Origin: Amoebophrya sp. A120
Lineage: Eukaryota; Protista; Dinoflagellata
Length of the DNA: 64,000 nt
NCBI GenBank assembly: GCA_905178155.1
Contig: CAJINV010000013.1
Coordinates: 2,532,352 to 2,596,351 of the forward strand
Direction: 5' to 3'
The position numbers and the translations under genes are program-made. Shown here piece by piece: positions 62,238 through 64,000 of this stretch. The notes beneath the pieces were generated by a model that saw only the letters and a list, made by a program, of their open reading frames with translations, was not told the DNA's origin and ran no database searches. Every line of letters begins with the position of its first letter. Position 1 is the stretch's first letter.

Positions 62238-62290
62238 TATGGATTGCAAAAGTGTCTGGGTCTGGAAGAATGCCAGACCTGTCATGCAGG
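62238..62290. mobile_element. Left end of another GTCTGGGTCTGGAA-subfamily element; partner end not seen in the window
   Basis: TATGGATTGCAAAAGTGTCTGGGTCTGGAAGAATGC directly abuts the POLQ-like exon; predicted TSD is TCGCA. Confidence 0.75.
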
Positions 62291-63429
62291 TTTTTTTTTT
62301 TTTTTTTTCATTGGGCCCCGCTGTTCTTCGCATATAAATTCATCACTAAGCTAGGAGGCCAGTGGACGTTGCCTAACATGTGAAGCAGTTCTACGAATTC
62401 ACCTGCCTGCCTCAGCAGGTCGATCAGGGCCGACACCTTTCACACAGTTAAGCAGAGCGCGTGTACACCATCTTTTTTTTTGATTTTTGATTTTCTTACT
62501 ATCGACGCCCGGCCTTGCAGGGCTCTCGCCCTGTTGTCTCTCGGGCTGTATGCTGCTTGTAAATTGGCGCTTAAGTTCTTTGTGTACTTGGCTGCCCTGG
62601 TCCTGCTTTTTAATTTTTTCCATCTATCACCCTGCGTCCTTGCCGTTTGTATACAAGTATACTTTTGGCAGTCAGTACAAACAAATGCAGAGGGTGATAG
62701 GCGGGGCTGGATACACAAAATGCATAGATAGCAGGCACAAGGCAGCTTTTCCTGAACTTATGCGCGATCATCGTGGGCATAGCGGATACTTTACTTTGAA
62801 GGATTTGAGGCTTTTTGAAGGTGAATTCTACAAACTTTTTTACTTTATATCTTATATATACTGGAAATGTAGTTATCGACTTTCTTGTTGATCAGCGCGT
62901 GTTATCAGCATGACACATGCAAACATCTTCAGAATGTTGCCAATTTTAGCGGTGCTTTTTAGCATGACAAATATTTTGTGTGTGTTTTTCTTTTTCTTTT
63001 TCAAGTTTTTCACCCAAAAAGCCTCTTTTTGTCTCCAAAGTAATTTTCTCGTGCTGTTTCTCCACACATTTGCGATCATTTACCGTCGCCTTACCTTTAA
63101 GCAGAGCCTGTTCTGCACGGTGCAGAGCCAGGGAGGAAAACGAAACCTGCCACGTGGCAGTAGAAGACCATCGCTCTGACCCATCTTGAGCTGCCGGAAA
63201 GTTTCTACGTGAAGTCGTGCTTGAAGCAGAAGAAAGCAAATACTTATCAATATTAGCCAATCTATAAAGTATCAGTGTTGCATGGTAGAATGTGATGCTA
63301 AGATGTTTGCATGGTAGAATGTGACGCAGTACAGAAGTAGCTTATCTTGTCGAGAACCAAAAATATATAGATGCCTCTACTCTATCAAGTTAAGCCATGG
63401 CCAGGGGAAAAATGAGCCGAATGGAGCAA

Positions 63430-64000
63430 CGCAAAACCGGAAACCGAGAACCGGAAGCCGAGAATTGAAAACCGAGAGCCGAGAATTGAAAACCGAGAAC
63501 CGAGAACTGAAAACCCGAAGCCGAGAATTGAAAACCGAGAACCGAGAACCGAGAATTGAAAACCGAGAACCGAGAATTGAAAACCGAGAACTGAAAACCC
63601 GAAACGGAGAATTGAAAACCGAGAACCGAGAGCCGAGAATTGAAAACCGAGAACCGAGAATTGAAAACCGAGAACTGAAAACCCGAAGCCGAGAATTGAA
63701 AACCGAGAACCGAGAGCCGAGAATTGAAAACCGAGAACCGAGAATTGAAAACCGAGAACCGAGAATTGAAAACGAAAACCGAGAGCCGAGAATTGAAAAC
63801 CGGAAGCCGAGAATTGGAAACCGAGAATTGAAAACCGAGAGTCTCGGTTTCTCTTTTCTCGGTTTCTCTTTTGTCGGTGTCTCTTTCCGGTTTTCTCTTT
63901 TCTCGGTTTTTCTTTTCTCGATTTCTCTTTCCTCGGTTTCTTTTTTCCCGGTTCTCTGTTCCCGGCTTTTTCTCCGACCGAGAGCCGGAGGCCGAGAGCC
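63430..64000. repeat. GAGAATTGAAAACC/GAGAACC satellite that flips orientation at ~63841
   Basis: Purine-rich units up to 63840, a centre of AAACCGAGA-G-TCTCGGTTT, then pyrimidine-rich CGGTTTCTCTTTT units. Confidence 0.9.

Noticed and set aside
1-64000. Dinoflagellate spliced-leader relics, tRNA/rRNA genes and an autonomous transposase ORF
   Set aside because: None recognised by eye; a covariance-model or HMM search would be needed to exclude divergent copies.

Overview
Eukaryotic genomic DNA of roughly 50% GC. The overall style suggests a syndinian dinoflagellate such as Amoebophrya: every recognisable gene is on the minus strand, proteins are long and Ser/Thr/Gly-rich, and introns are mixed canonical and non-canonical. 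The taxon call is an inference. The first ~9.6 kb and last ~0.6 kb are rich in satellites. Recognisable genes are an alpha/beta hydrolase, an FtsJ/RrmJ-like methyltransferase, a J-domain + M3 metallopeptidase, a NADAR-FHA-RRM fusion, an FkbM-like methyltransferase and a DNA polymerase theta-like gene truncated by the window end. The main signal is about 17 well-supported insertions (plus several weaker ones) of 148-674 bp. They have different interiors but one terminal grammar: 5'-TAT[C/G/A]NNNTGCAAA...TTTGCANNN[G/C]ATA-3', flanked by a 5-bp target-site duplication (TSD). Wherever one lies between two exons, removing the element plus one TSD copy restores the reading frame and often rebuilds a conserved motif, with no fixed GT-AG junction. 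One subfamily occurs in both orientations relative to transcription, one element is nested in the terminus of another, and one sits outside any evident CDS as a fold-back MITE. This looks like a DNA-transposon-derived, terminus-defined intron (introner) system. All coordinates and joins were worked out by hand. No RNA or database evidence was available.
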